64,000 nucleotides of DNA from Octopus vulgaris (lineage: Eukaryota), in the NCBI GenBank assembly GCA_951406725.2, contig OX597835.1:3906001-3970000 (forward strand), written 5' to 3'. The notes under the pieces were generated by a model. That model searched no databases, was not told the origin of the DNA, and worked only from the letters and a program-made list of their open reading frames with translations. Below, piece after piece: positions 51,229 through 64,000 of the stretch. Both the position numbers and the translations under genes were made by a program. The stretch's first letter is position 1. Each line of letters opens with the position of its first letter.

Positions 51229-54024
51229 TATATCGCAGTCTTATCATTAATGGTACGAAACTGAAAATCTTCTGATTGAAATAACTAACTGATGAGGAAT
51301 TTAAGGACCTTCTGTGTCTATTTTCCATCCGTTCGTGCACTTAATATTCGTTTTTCCATTCGTCTATGCATTTATTATACGCTTATTTTTTATAACTTGC
51401 CATTCTATGCCCGTTTTTCGTTTGTGCAATTACAATATATTTTTTAACTTTATATATATATATATATATACATATACAGGGTTCAACGTTGACACTGAGT
51501 CTGGAACTTAACTATGGTCTGTCTATAGCACTTATTCAGCATTACCTGACATCTTTGGGTCTCAATGATACCATTATCTCTTATACATACATACATATAT
51601 ATATACATACATATATATATATATATATACATACATAATACATACATACATACATACATACATACATACAATGTGTGTGTGTGTGTATGTATGTATGCAT
51701 CTATGTGTGCGCGTGTCTTCATGTCTGTATTTGTCCCACCCCGCCACTGCTTGACAACTGGTGGTTGGTGTATGGGGGAGAGGAACATGTTCAAAAGGAT
51801 GGTTTCATTCACCTGCCCTGATGTTTCGGGTAGTACCAGAGATAATCAAAAGAAACCTGGCGGAGCGCCAAACAGTCAGTAATATAGCAGTTCGGCAAAA
51901 TTGGACCGATAGAATAAATACCAGCCTTTAAAAGAAAGTCCTGGGGTCAATTTGTTCGACTACCCCCCCCCAAGGCGGTGCTCCAACATGGCCGCAGTCA
52001 CATGACTGAATCAAGTAAAAGATAAAGGCTAGAAGATCTTTCCTTCTTCACCGAACGACTGTCTCCAGTCTTTTTCCTTAGCTCTTCCTTTCCCTTCTCG
52101 TCACCTCCACCACCTCATCCAGTGTTTTATACTCCTCTAGCAATCTGTTGCCACATACACACATACATGCATGCACACACGCCCGCATATATGCACATAC
52201 GCAACCACACGAGCACGAAGGGGAAAGTGTATGGCTGCCGTGGCATAAACTTGTGGTGGAAGAAGCACACAAACGGATTTAGAGAGATTAGCCTCAATAT
52301 ATAAAAACCTCGTTATTTATTCTACAAGTTGGCAAAGAGATCCAGATTATAACACACACACACACACATGTATGTGTGTGTGTGTATATGATGGCGCGTG
52401 GGTTAGTGATTAGGGTATTCGGCTCACGACTGTGAGTTCGATTCCCGGCAGCGCCTTGTGTCCTTGAGCAAGACGCTTTATTTTTTTATGTTACTCCAAT
52501 CCACTCAACTGGCAAAAATGAATAGTACCATATTCTGTTTCATGCTGAATCTCCTTGAGAACCACGTTAAGGGCATGCTTGTCTGTGAAGTATTCGGCCT
52601 GTTGTATGAGTAGGCGTATCACCCTTGCTTGGCAGCGGGTAAACGAGCTGGCCATACAGATATAGAGGGCGTTACGCAACATTAAGGTTCAGACACGTGA
52701 CCTCATCTCTTCTTTTCTACATGGACACGCAAGCTATGAGGACGCAACTTGACCGGCTCTATTTTATGCCACGGGCCAGTTTGCAGAGAGGAGCTATGGC
52801 CTCTACACACCAACCATTCTATCTATCATTCCACTGTGTCTATACGCGTGGCCACAATAAACGTGTTTAAGTTACAACCTTTCTTGCATATGTTCTTCAT
52901 CCAAGTTTACTTACCAACGAGATTACAGCCTTCTGAGAGTCATATTAGGCGGCTCAATAACGACCTACACCATCTAAAATTCTGACCCTCGACATGGACA
53001 ACTATCCATCTGAATATGTATTATATGCCATGGTGTTGATGTCACCATAGCAGTACCTCTCGATACTGTTAATGGCAGCAGTTTAGCCAAATAATCAAAG
53101 AATGCGACAACATCAACTGAACAAGTGAAATAAGGCCAAAACGTGGTCTCTGCTGGATCTAACGAAGATTGAACGTTGTTTCCAGAGAAGACAACGTTTC
53201 TGCTGCCAGGCACCCATGCACCAACAGGGCTCTCCACTTTGTTTCATTGTTGTGGGATCAATTCCGCAGACATTGCACCCTTACAGCATTAAGTAGTCAA
53301 AATGTTGAAGATGTCGAGTCCAATATTCTATTGACCAGCGGAAACTACAATTGTCTCAGAGTCTTGCATTTCTTTCGAGTCTGGCTTTTGAAGAAATACA
53401 ATTACGTATTGCAACAAGTGTATGGTTGTAAGAGATCACTTTGTTAGTAAGAGTGGTGCGTGCGCCTACCCCTCCCCCCCTCATCAACCTCCGCACACAC
53501 ATACAACGCAGCGTTCGTCAACCAAATCCCACTTGCATAGAATTGGTCAACCGGAAATTAAGGTCGCGGTCACTGCGCTGTAGAAAGGGGTTGCGAAGCG
53601 AACTTCTTAACCACAGCCATAACTGTGTCTTTACCAACTTTGATCTTTTCTAACTGATACATCCACGACTCGGTTTCGATTCCTCGTTGGCTCCCATTTC
53701 GCTTTATTTCATTTACGTTATTAATCGATTTGTCACCTGCTTTCAAAGAATTAATCAATGACTCACCTGAAATTACTTTACAGTTTGTTCAGGAGATGAA
53801 TCATAAAAATTACCTTCGCCCCCCCCTCCTCCAACACACCACAGCATCACGTGTCGTTAATCAGTTTCAGTCGTAGCGGACATTGGATGGAAGATAAGAT
53901 TATAAATATAAAACTAGGGTGACAGGCAACGATTGAAACGATGTACATGATATCACCTTAACAGACCACATTCCATTCTTAAACTCTCGATCTTGTCCAT
54001 AGATATCGATCAAGTTAAAATATT

Positions 54025-54076
<52 letters not shown>

Positions 54077-55121
54077 ATCTACAAGAGTTAATTCCCCTCA
54101 CAATATTAACTCTCGACCCGTTCTTAGTTGTGACCATCACGATTTGTCTTGAGACTTCGTATACCTGGGACATTATCTTACTATCTTAATTTTGCAAGCT
54201 GATCACCTGGAGGAAAGGTGTTTGCCTTCATTTTGGATTAAAAACGAATTTTTCATGCTTCCGTATATAATGTGTGTGTGTATGTGTATATATGTATATC
54301 TATTATATAAAATCCGTTCTGTCCGTCAGTGTGTCTTCTAGGATCTCGGGCATCCTCCATCTGATTGCGCGCAAATTTGATATGTAGATACCGACAGTAT
54401 CAGGGCGTGTATAAGTCTTGAAAAAATTACAAAAATCGATTCCAGGAGAAAATGCGATCGATAAAGCCGTGGGAACGTACATTTTGCATTTGTACGCGCA
54501 TCGGACAAGTTGTTTTGAGAAAATTTGGTTTAAATGTTTGACAACTCAGCACCGTCCATTGGAGGGGGGGGGGGGCGTTTTCCCCAAATATATATATATA
54601 TCATCATCATCATCATCATCGTTTAACGTCCGTTTTCCATGCTAGCATGGGTTGGACAGTTCGACCGGGGTCTGGGAAGCTAGGAGGCTGCACTAGGCTC
54701 CAGTCTTATCTGGCAGTGTTTCTACAGCTTTAGTTTCTACAGTGTAGTGGATGCTTTTTACGTGCCACCAGCATGGAAGCCAGTCAAGGTTGCGCTGGCA
54801 TCGGCCACACGTACGGATGGTGCTTTCAACGAGCCACCGGCACAGGTGTCATAATTACAATTTCCATTTGATATTTTGATGTTGATGTACTTGACTCCAT
54901 AGGTCTCCTCAAGCACACACAAACATATATATATATCATCATCATCATCGTTTAACATCCGTTCTCCATGCTAGCATGGGTTGGACGGTTTGACCAGGGA
55001 TCTGGGAAGCCAGAAGGCTGCACCAGGCTCCAGTCTTATCTGGCAATGTTTCTACAGCTGGATGCCCTTCCTAACGCCAACCACTCCGTGAGTGTAGTGG
55101 GTGCTTTTTACGTGCCACCTG

Positions 55122-55166
<45 letters not shown>

Positions 55167-55508
55167 TTATGAAAGAGGTAAAATAAGTTCTTAAACAGGA
55201 CAAATGTAACGAAAACAACTCTTTTATATAAAGTATTTTTATTCAGATTTACGGGGAGAAAAATAATAGAAGCCTAAAGACAACGAATGTAAAATATAAC
55301 TTGTTCCTGTCGATAGAAAAGTTGAATTTGAATGAGGGGGAGGGATTTCACACACACATACACACACATATGTATATCTATGCACATAGATACCTACAAG
55401 TGCATATATATGCATATATACATGCAGACACACACACACACATATATTCATAAACATTGAAACATACACATATACATGAAAACATAAATATATATATACA
55501 TACACATT

Positions 55509-55546
<38 letters not shown>

Positions 55547-55719
55547 TTTATGAATATAAACATATACATATTCTACACAATTATGTATATAATATATATA
55601 TTTGTTTGCTTTATTTTAGTCTGTTTTTCCATGCTAGCATGGATTAGATGGGAAGGGGCTGGGAATTTTTACAGCTGGATGCTCTCCCAGAGGCCAACCC
55701 GTACCTGTTTTACAAGGGA

Positions 55720-56002
55720 TATACATACATACATACGCATACATACATATATATACATACATACATATATATATATATACATATATATATATACACATAC
55801 ATATGCATACATACATACACACATACATATGCATACATACATACATACATACATATATATATATACACATGTATATACATATATATATATATATATACAT
55901 ATACATGTATATATTTATACATATATATACGTATATATGTATATATATACATATATATGTATATACACACATATATATATATATACATGTGTATATATAT
56001 AC

Positions 56003-56038
<36 letters not shown>

Positions 56039-56054
56039 TTATACATGTATATAC

Positions 56055-56089
<35 letters not shown>

Positions 56090-56565
56090 CGTGTATATAT
56101 TTATATATGTATATACATACATATATATATATATACGTGTATATATTTATACATGTACATACATATACATGTACATACATATACATGTATATACATATAC
56201 ATGTATATACATATACATGTATATACATATACATGTATATACATATACATACATATACATGTATATACATATATATACATATACATACATATACATATAT
56301 ATATATACATATACATACATATATACATATACATATATATACATGTATATACATATATATATATATACATGTATATACATATATATATATACATGTATAT
56401 ACATATATATATATACATATACATGTATATATGTACTTATATGTATATACAGACACACATTATATATATACATATATATATATACGTATATATACACACA
56501 TATATATATACATACATATACACACACATATATATATATACACATACATAATTATACATACACAT
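55720..56565. repeat. ~850-bp degenerate TA/CA low-complexity tract downstream of the WDR1 stop
   Basis: Direct reading; source of the spurious 364/314-aa ORFs. Confidence 0.95.
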
Positions 56566-56989
56566 AAACAAAACAGTCAACATGTAAAGTAGGCACAAAT
56601 ATATATATAGTTATGTGTTGCTCTAGCAAAAATGAACCAGCCATGATCAGCGCCATATCTATTAGAAGTTCCAGAAGTGGAATCAGCAATTTTTATAAAA
56701 ATATCAGAAACTGAAAACGAAAATAGGGAAATTAAAATAATAGGGAGAAAAAAAAAAAATATATATATATTTACCATTTTCTCATGAATACAATATATTG
56801 AGGATTATTGTTTAACTTAAAAAGACAGCAATTATAAACAGCAGTGTATATGTAAGAGGAAGAAGAGAAGGAAGGAAGAGAAAGAGGCCAGAAGAGGAAG
56901 AAGGAAATGAAAGAGGCAAGAGGAGCGGTTGGAGAGAGAGAAGAAGACAGCATGGCTTAATATCGGAGTTGATTTTGGGGGAGACAAGT

Positions 56990-57096
56990 TTAAAAAGTGA
57001 TGGCCCATTGTTTCAGGTTACTGTCTTGTCCGGCTGATAATACAAGATTGCTGTCCAGCCAGATGACACGGTTTACCTGGCTAAGTCGATGTGCAC
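56990..57096 (-). CDS. WDR1: Last coding exon of WDR1/AIP1 (not in ORF track)
   Basis: GAHRLSQVNRVIWLDSNLVLSAGQDSNLKQWAITF*; matches the recalled WDR1 C-terminal pattern AHRL..V....WLD......D...K.W.IT; phase matches the upstream exon. Confidence 0.88.
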
Positions 57097-57999
57097 CTGT
57101 TAATACAGAAAAATAAGAAGAAGTTGAAAGATAATTATTGAAACTGCATTAACAAGATTTAACAATAAAGATTTACCCTGTGAGCTTTTTTTTTTATTTT
57201 AATGTAATGAGATAAAAGCTGAATTAGATTTAAGTCAAGCAAGATCTATTTTACCATTTCACAGTTAGGAAAATCTTCACAAATCCTAAAACAATTGTAG
57301 CAGTGATTTGAAACCTCAACCACTGGATTAAAACTAATACACCTGTTTGTTGTATATATACCTGTCTTCGTCTTTTGTTTTTCTATAAATTCCAACAATA
57401 ATTTAAGAGCACCTGGAGCGCTAAGAGCACCATCCGAGCGTGATCGTTGCCAGAGCAACAAACTGGCTTCTGTGCCAGTGGCACATTAAACACACCATTT
57501 GAGCGTGATTATTACCTGCGTCGCCTTACTGACATTTGAGCGAGGTCATTGCCAGTGCCGCTGGACTGGCTCCTGTGCAGGTGGCACATAAAAAGCAGCA
57601 TTTGAGTGTGGCCGTTGCCAGTACTGCCTGTAATTAGTACTGAAAGTAATTAGGATGTTGACAATCATGAATGATTTCAAATCTCATCAAATTTTTCCAT
57701 GGCTATTATTTCTCTAAATTAATTACACTGTATACACCTTATGAGATAATGCCTTTAAGACACATTGGATGTGGTCCAAGGTGGACTATGCCTATGGAAA
57801 AAAAAAACAGGAAAGTTGTGACTTGAATGGCATCCACAATAGGCTTGTTCATTCAAGCCAGACGAGGGCCTGAACAACAACAATATTTTCATATTCTACC
57901 CCATCTACTCTCCACCTCTCTCTCTCTCTCTCGGTGTCTCTTCCCACTCCTCACTTTCTTGGTGTCCCCAACTCCGAAAATAATCACAAGTCAACAAAC

Positions 58000-58144
58000 C
58001 TTTGATATTCAATGAGGAAAACGTATCCTGGATATCATGTATAACGATGTTGCCGTCAACACCAGCAGAAGCCAGGTGGGTGCTGTCTGGAGACCAGGCC
58101 ACAGAGTTTACTTTGACCGAGTGACTAGTAGAACGATATTTCAC
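58000..58144 (-). CDS. WDR1: Penultimate coding exon of WD40 protein WDR1/AIP1 (actin-interacting protein 1)
   Basis: VKYRSTSHSVKVNSVAWSPDSTHLASAGVDGNIVIHDIQDTFSSLNIK; tttcAG / GTTTGT; resembles the WDR1 H..K...AWSPD..H.AS.G.D repeat. Confidence 0.85.
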
Positions 58145-58746
58145 CTGAAAGAAAGACACAAACCATTACAATTATTTTTCCATTTGGAACAAGGTAGCAA
58201 TTGATTAGAACCCCCCGAGCCCGAGTATTACTGGTATCTATTTTCACAACCCACCAAGTTGTTACAAGAAACACAAAGGGTTAGACTTAACATGCCATCA
58301 GTCTGTCCCGTTTCACCATTTACCAGCAGATATTAAAGTTGGACATTACAATACCAATTTCTAAGTCTGAGATGACTCACAAAATGTGTTACAAGAACTG
58401 CCCTTCCAACTACAACAAAATAAAAAACCCTATAAATTCATATAAATGCACTAAACACGGGACATATGAAATCAGAATTGTGATGGCTAAATGTTTACAA
58501 ATTAGACAACACTAAAACATTAAGACAAGGGAGTCATGGCTGGAATATCTTGGATCATAGCTCTACTTGACCAGAACTAACATGTGCTTATCAACAACAA
58601 CCACCATTCTTATAAAGTTAGCTACCAAAAAATTCTTCCATATGGAACTTTCTGGAAACAGGAAACCATAAAGAAGTTCAAAATATAAAAATCTCCTTTT
58701 ATTAATTATTTTAAAAACCAAAAAATAGTAATTATCATCAACAGAA

Positions 58747-59250
58747 ATGATTTCTATAATTAATGACATGCATAAGATCTGGTCATCAAATCTAAGTAGA
58801 GACTTCAAACTTGAAATTTTCAAAGCCACAGTCGAATCAATTCTACTATATGGTTTAGAAACCTGGACGTTATCAAAGAAGCTTGAGAGGTGGTTGGATG
58901 GAACCTACACTCGCCTCCTTATGAGAGCTCAAAATCGCTCGTGGAAGCGTCATCCAACCGAAATGCAAATATATGGGAAACTACCACCTGTGTCATCTCC
59001 TGTGAAAGGTAGGAGAGTCCAGTTTGCTGGACATTGTTGTAGAGCTGAAAAAGAGGTAATTTCTACTCTTCTCCTCTGGAAGCCATCTACTCGCAATACC
59101 AGAGGGCGCACACTCTCCTACCCTGATGTAATCTCCAGGGATACAGGCATCCAGCAACAGGACCTCCGTAATGCTATGATGGACCGTGAAGTCTGGCGTA
59201 ACATAGTAAATTCCATTGTCTCGACCATGGTCGAACAATGATGATGATGA
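58747..59250 (+). mobile_element. RTE-like LINE 3' end with (TGA)n tail, in a WDR1 intron
   Basis: ATVESILLYGLETWTL...RRVQFAGHC...AMMDREVWR* followed by tgatgatgat. Confidence 0.9.
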
Positions 59251-59696
59251 TAATTAATTACCAAACACTTGGGTATAATAATTGGGTATTCTACCAACAG
59301 TATATTGGATAGATATTATCCCTTAGTTGGTTATATATCATCATCATCATTTAACGTCCGTTTTCCATGCTAGCATGGGTTGGACGGTTCGACTGGGGTC
59401 TGGGAAGCCAGGAGGCTGCACCAGGCCCAGTCTGATCTGGCAGGGTTTCTACAGCTGGATGCCCTTGGGTTAGATGAATATGTAATGTGGCATGGTTTTA
59501 CAGCCAGATGTCTTTCTTGCCACTGAACCACATCTGTTTTCCCAGTGAGGGATATCTTGTTACACTCCATTTCAAAAGCACAGAATTAGAGGAAATTTGT
59601 TGATAAGGAATGTCAACATAACATCATCATTTCGAGCCTTAATGCTTTTGTGGAATATAAACACACACAAATACTCTCTCTCTTTCTCTCTCTCAT

Positions 59697-60103
59697 ACTC
59701 TTTTACTTGTTTCAGTCATTTAACTACAGCCATGCTGGAGCACCGCCTTTAGTCGAGCAACTCGACCCCGGGACTTATTCTTCTGTAAGCCCAGTACTTG
59801 TTCTATCAGTCTCTTTTGCCGAACCGCTAAGTAACGGGGACATAAACACACCAGCATTGGTTGTCAAGCAATGCTAGGGGGACAAACACATGCACACAAA
59901 CACACACACGCACATATATATATATATATATAAATATATACGACGGGCTTCTTTCAGTTTCCGTCTACCAAATCCACTCACAAGGCTTTGGTCGGCCCGA
60001 GGCTATAGTAGAAGACACTTGCCCAAGGTGCCACGCAGTGGGACTGAACCCGGAACCATGTGGTTGGTAAACAAGCTGCTTACCACACAGCCACTCCTGC
60101 GCC
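59697..60103 (-). mobile_element. Full-length SINE family A abutting the 163-bp satellite
   Basis: Near-consensus copy; its 5' ~55 nt match that part of the satellite unit. Confidence 0.9.
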
Positions 60104-63100
60104 ACTCCATACGTATTCAGTTTTCATCTATCAATTCTATTCACAAGGCATTGGTCAATCCAAGGCTACAGTAGAAGACACTTGCCTAAAGTGCCACAGA
60201 GCGGGACAGAACCCGGAACCATGTGGTTGGTAAACAAGCTGCTTACCACACAGCCACTCCTGCGCCACTCCATACGTATTCAGTTTTCATCTATCAATTC
60301 TATTCACAAGGCATTGGTCAATCCAAGGCTACAGTAGAAGACACTTGCCTAAAGTGCCACAGAGCGGGACAGAACCCGGAACCATGTGGTTGGTAAACAA
60401 GCTACTTACCACACAGCCACTCCTGCGCCACTCCATACGTATTCAGTTTTCATCTATCAATTCTATTCACAAGGCATTGGTCAATCCAAGGCTACAGTAG
60501 AAGACACTTGCCTAAAGTGCCACAGAGCGGGACAGAACCCGGAACCATGTGGTTGGTAAACAAGCTGCTTACCACACAGCCACTCCTGCGCCACTCCATA
60601 CGTATTCAGTTTTCATCTATCAATTCTATTCACAAGGCATTGGTCAATCCAAGGCTACAGTAGAAGACACTTGCCTAAAGTGCCACAGAGCGGGACAGAA
60701 CCCGGAACCATGTGGTTGGTAAACAAGCTGCTTACCACACAGCCACTCCTGCGCCACTCCATACGTATTCAGTTTTCATCTATCAATTCTATTCACAAGG
60801 CATTGGTCAATCCAAGGCTACAGTAGAAGACACTTGCCTAAAGTGCCACAGAGCGGGACAGAACCCGGAACCATGTGGTTGGTAAACAAGCTGCTTACCA
60901 CACAGCCACTCCTGCGCCACTCCATACGTATTCAGTTTTCATCTATCAATTCTATTCACAAGGCATTGGTCAATCCAAGGCTACAGTAGAAGACACTTGC
61001 CTAAAGTGCCACAGAGCGGGACAGAACCCGGAACCATGTGGTTGGTAAACAAGCTACTTACCACACAGCCACTCCTGCGCCACTCCATACGTATTCAGTT
61101 TTCATCTATCAATTCTATTCACAAGGCATTGGTCAATCCAAGGCTACAGTAGAAGACACTTGCCTAAAGTGCCACAGAGCGGGACAGAACCCGGAACCAT
61201 GTGGTTGGTAAACAAGCTGCTTACCACACAGCCACTCCTGCGCCACTCCATACGTATTCAGTTTTCATCTATCAATTCTATTCACAAGGCATTGGTCAAT
61301 CCAAGGCTACAGTAGAAGACACTTGCCTAAAGTGCCACAGAGCGGGACAGAACCCGGAACCATGTGGTTGGTAAACAAGCTGCTTACCACACAGCCACTC
61401 CTGCGCCACTCCATACGTATTCAGTTTTCATCTATCAATTCTATTCACAAGGCATTGGTCAATCCAAGGCTACAGTAGAAGACACTTGCCTAAAGTGCCA
61501 CAGAGCGGGACAGAACCCGGAACCATGTGGTTGGTAAACAAGCTGCTTACCACACAGCCACTCCTGCGCCACTCCATACGTATTCAGTTTTCATCTATCA
61601 ATTCTATTCACAAGGCATTGGTCAATCCAAGGCTACAGTAGAAGACACTTGCCTAAAGTGCCACAGAGCGGGACAGAACCCGGAACCATGTGGTTGGTAA
61701 ACAAGCTACTTACCACACAGCCACTCCTGCGCCACTCCATACGTATTCAGTTTTCATCTATCAATTCTATTCACAAGGCATTGGTCAATCCAAGGCTACA
61801 GTAGAAGACACTTGCCTAAAGTGCCACAGAGCGGGACAGAACCCGGAACCATGTGGTTGGTAAACAAGCTGCTTACCACACACCACGCCACTCCTGCGCC
61901 ACTCCATACGTATTCAGTTTTCATCTATCAATTCTATTCACAAGGCATTGGTCAATCCAAGGCTACAGTAGAAGACACTTGCCTAAAGTGCCACAGAGCG
62001 GGACAGAACCCGGAACCATGTGGTTGGTAAACAAGCTGCTTACCACACAGCCACTCCTGCGCCACTCCATACGTATTCAGTTTTCATCTATCAATTCTAT
62101 TCACAAGGCATTGGTCAATCCAAGGCTACAGTAGAAGACACTTGCCTAAAGTGCCACAGAGCGGGACAGAACCCGGAACCATGTGGTTGGTAAACAAGCT
62201 GCTTACCACACAGCCACTCCTGCGCCACTCCATACGTATTCAGTTTTCATCTATCAATTCTATTCACAAGGCATTGGTCAATCCAAGGCTACAGTAGAAG
62301 ACACTTGCCTAAAGTGCCACAGAGCGGGACAGAACCCGGAACCATGTGGTTGGTAAACAAGCTGCTTACCACACAGCCACTCCTGCGCCACTCCATACGT
62401 ATTCAGTTTTCATCTATCAATTCTATTCACAAGGCATTGGTCAATCCAAGGCTACAGTAGAAGACACTTGCCTAAAGTGCCACAGAGCGGGACAGAACCC
62501 GGAACCATGTGGTTGGTAAACAAGCTACTTACCACACAGCCACTCCTGCGCCACTCCATACGTATTCAGTTTTCATCTATCAATTCTATTCACAAGGCAT
62601 TGGTCAATCCAAGGCTACAGTAGAAGACACTTGCCTAAAGTGCCACAGAGCGGGACAGAACCCGGAACCATGTGGTTGGTAAACAAGCTGCTTACCACAC
62701 AGCCACTCCTGCGCCACTCCATACGTATTCAGTTTTCATCTATCAATTCTATTCACAAGGCATTGGTCAATCCAAGGCTACAGTAGAAGACACTTGCCTA
62801 AAGTGCCACAGAGAGGGACAGAACCCGGAACCATGTGGTTGGTAAACAAGCTGCTTACCACACAGCCACTCCTGCGCCACTCCATACGTATTCAGTTTTC
62901 ATCTATCAATTCTATTCACAAGGCATTGGTCAATCCAAGGCTACAGTAGAAGACACTTGCCTAAAGTGCCACAGAGCGGGACAGAACCCGGAACCATGTG
63001 GTTGGTAAACAAGCTGCTTACCACACAGCCACTCCTGCGCCACTCCATACGTATTCAGTTTTCATCTATCAATTCTATTCACAAGGCATTGGTCAATCCA

Positions 63101-63966
63101 AGGCTACAGTAGAAGACACTTGCCTAAAGTGCCACAGAGCGGGACAGAACCCGGAACCATGTGGTTGGTAAACAAGCTGCTTACCACACAGCCACTCCTG
63201 CGCCACTCCATACGTATTCAGTTTTCATCTATCAATTCTATTCACAAGGCATTGGTCAATCCAAGGCTACAGTAGAAGACACTTGCCTAAAGTGCCACAG
63301 AGCGGGACAGAACCCGGAACCATGTGGTTGGTAAACAAGCTGCTTACCACACAGCCACTCCTGCGCCACTCCATACGTATTCAGTTTTCATCTATCAATT
63401 CTATTCACAAGGCATTGGTCAATCCAAGGCTACAGTAGAAGACACTTGCCTAAAGTGCCACAGAGCGGGACAGAACCCGGAACCATGTGGTTGGTAAACA
63501 AGCTGCTTACCACACAGCCACTCCTGCGCCACTCCATACGTATTCAGTTTTCATCTATCAATTCTATTCACAAGGCATTGGTCAATCCAAGGCTACAGTA
63601 GAAGACACTTGCCTAAAGTGCCACAGAGCGGGACAGAACCCGGAACCATGTGGTTGGTAAACAAGCTGCTTACCACACAGCCACTCCTGCGCCACTCCAT
63701 ACGTATTCAGTTTTCATCTATCAATTCTATTCACAAGGCATTGGTCAATCCAAGGCTACAGTAGAAGACACTTGCCTAAAGTGCCACAGAGCGGGACAGA
63801 ACCCGGAACCATGTGGTTGGTAAACAAGCTACTTACCACACAGCCACTCCTGCGCCACTCCATACGTATTCAGTTTTCATCTATCAATTCTATTCACAAG
63901 GCATTGGTCAATCCAAGGCTACAGTAGAAGATACTTGCCTAAAGTGCCACAGAGCGGGACAGAACC
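60104..63966 (-). repeat. 163-bp satellite (23 full units + 1 partial) derived from SINE tRNA-like heads
   Basis: acgtattcag recurs at 60111, 60274, 60437...63864; one 4-bp insertion near 61883; units nearly identical. Confidence 0.97.
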
Positions 63967-64000
63967 TGAGACCACACGGTCACAAAATCAACTCTCGGCT

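Noticed and set aside
52974-53447. Coding exons in the intergenic region
   Set aside because: Short ORFs on both strands with no recognisable motif or consistent splice sites; probably decayed TE
55457-56592. Long ORFs (364, 314, 254 aa) rich in Y/I/H/T
   Set aside because: TA/CA low-complexity sequence simply lacks stop codons
58747-59241. Independent 164-aa host gene
   Set aside because: RTE-like LINE C-terminus ending in a (TGA)n tail
60104-63966. CRISPR-like array
   Set aside because: Units are contiguous and near-identical with no unique spacers; eukaryotic context, SINE-derived, no cas genes

Overview
Eukaryotic, AT- and microsatellite-rich DNA. The SINE families and (TA)n/(CA)n density point to an octopus, but that is inference. 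The window holds a complete minus-strand delta-1-pyrroline-5-carboxylate synthase gene (ALDH18A1/P5CS): 14 coding exons, 25244->692, about 786 aa, all GT-AG introns with consistent phases. It also holds the last two coding exons of a WDR1/AIP1-like WD40 gene (minus, 58144->56990). The rest is tRNA-derived SINEs of several families, RTE/CR1 LINE fragments, Tc1/mariner, Helitron and 8-bp-TSD TIR elements, Penelope-like foldbacks, and micro/minisatellites. Most ORFs in the supplied track are repeat artefacts. Best leads: (1) an in-frame 24-nt candidate microexon at the P5CS junction where vertebrate splicing sets ornithine sensitivity; (2) minisatellites built from copies of the gene's own 5' and 3' splice sites; (3) a 163-bp satellite of chimeric SINE Pol III heads in a WDR1 intron; (4) minimal hammerhead-like modules with a compensated U3-A8 core; (5) a perfect foldback that captured a nearby SINE segment. 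None of these can be confirmed as novel without database searches.
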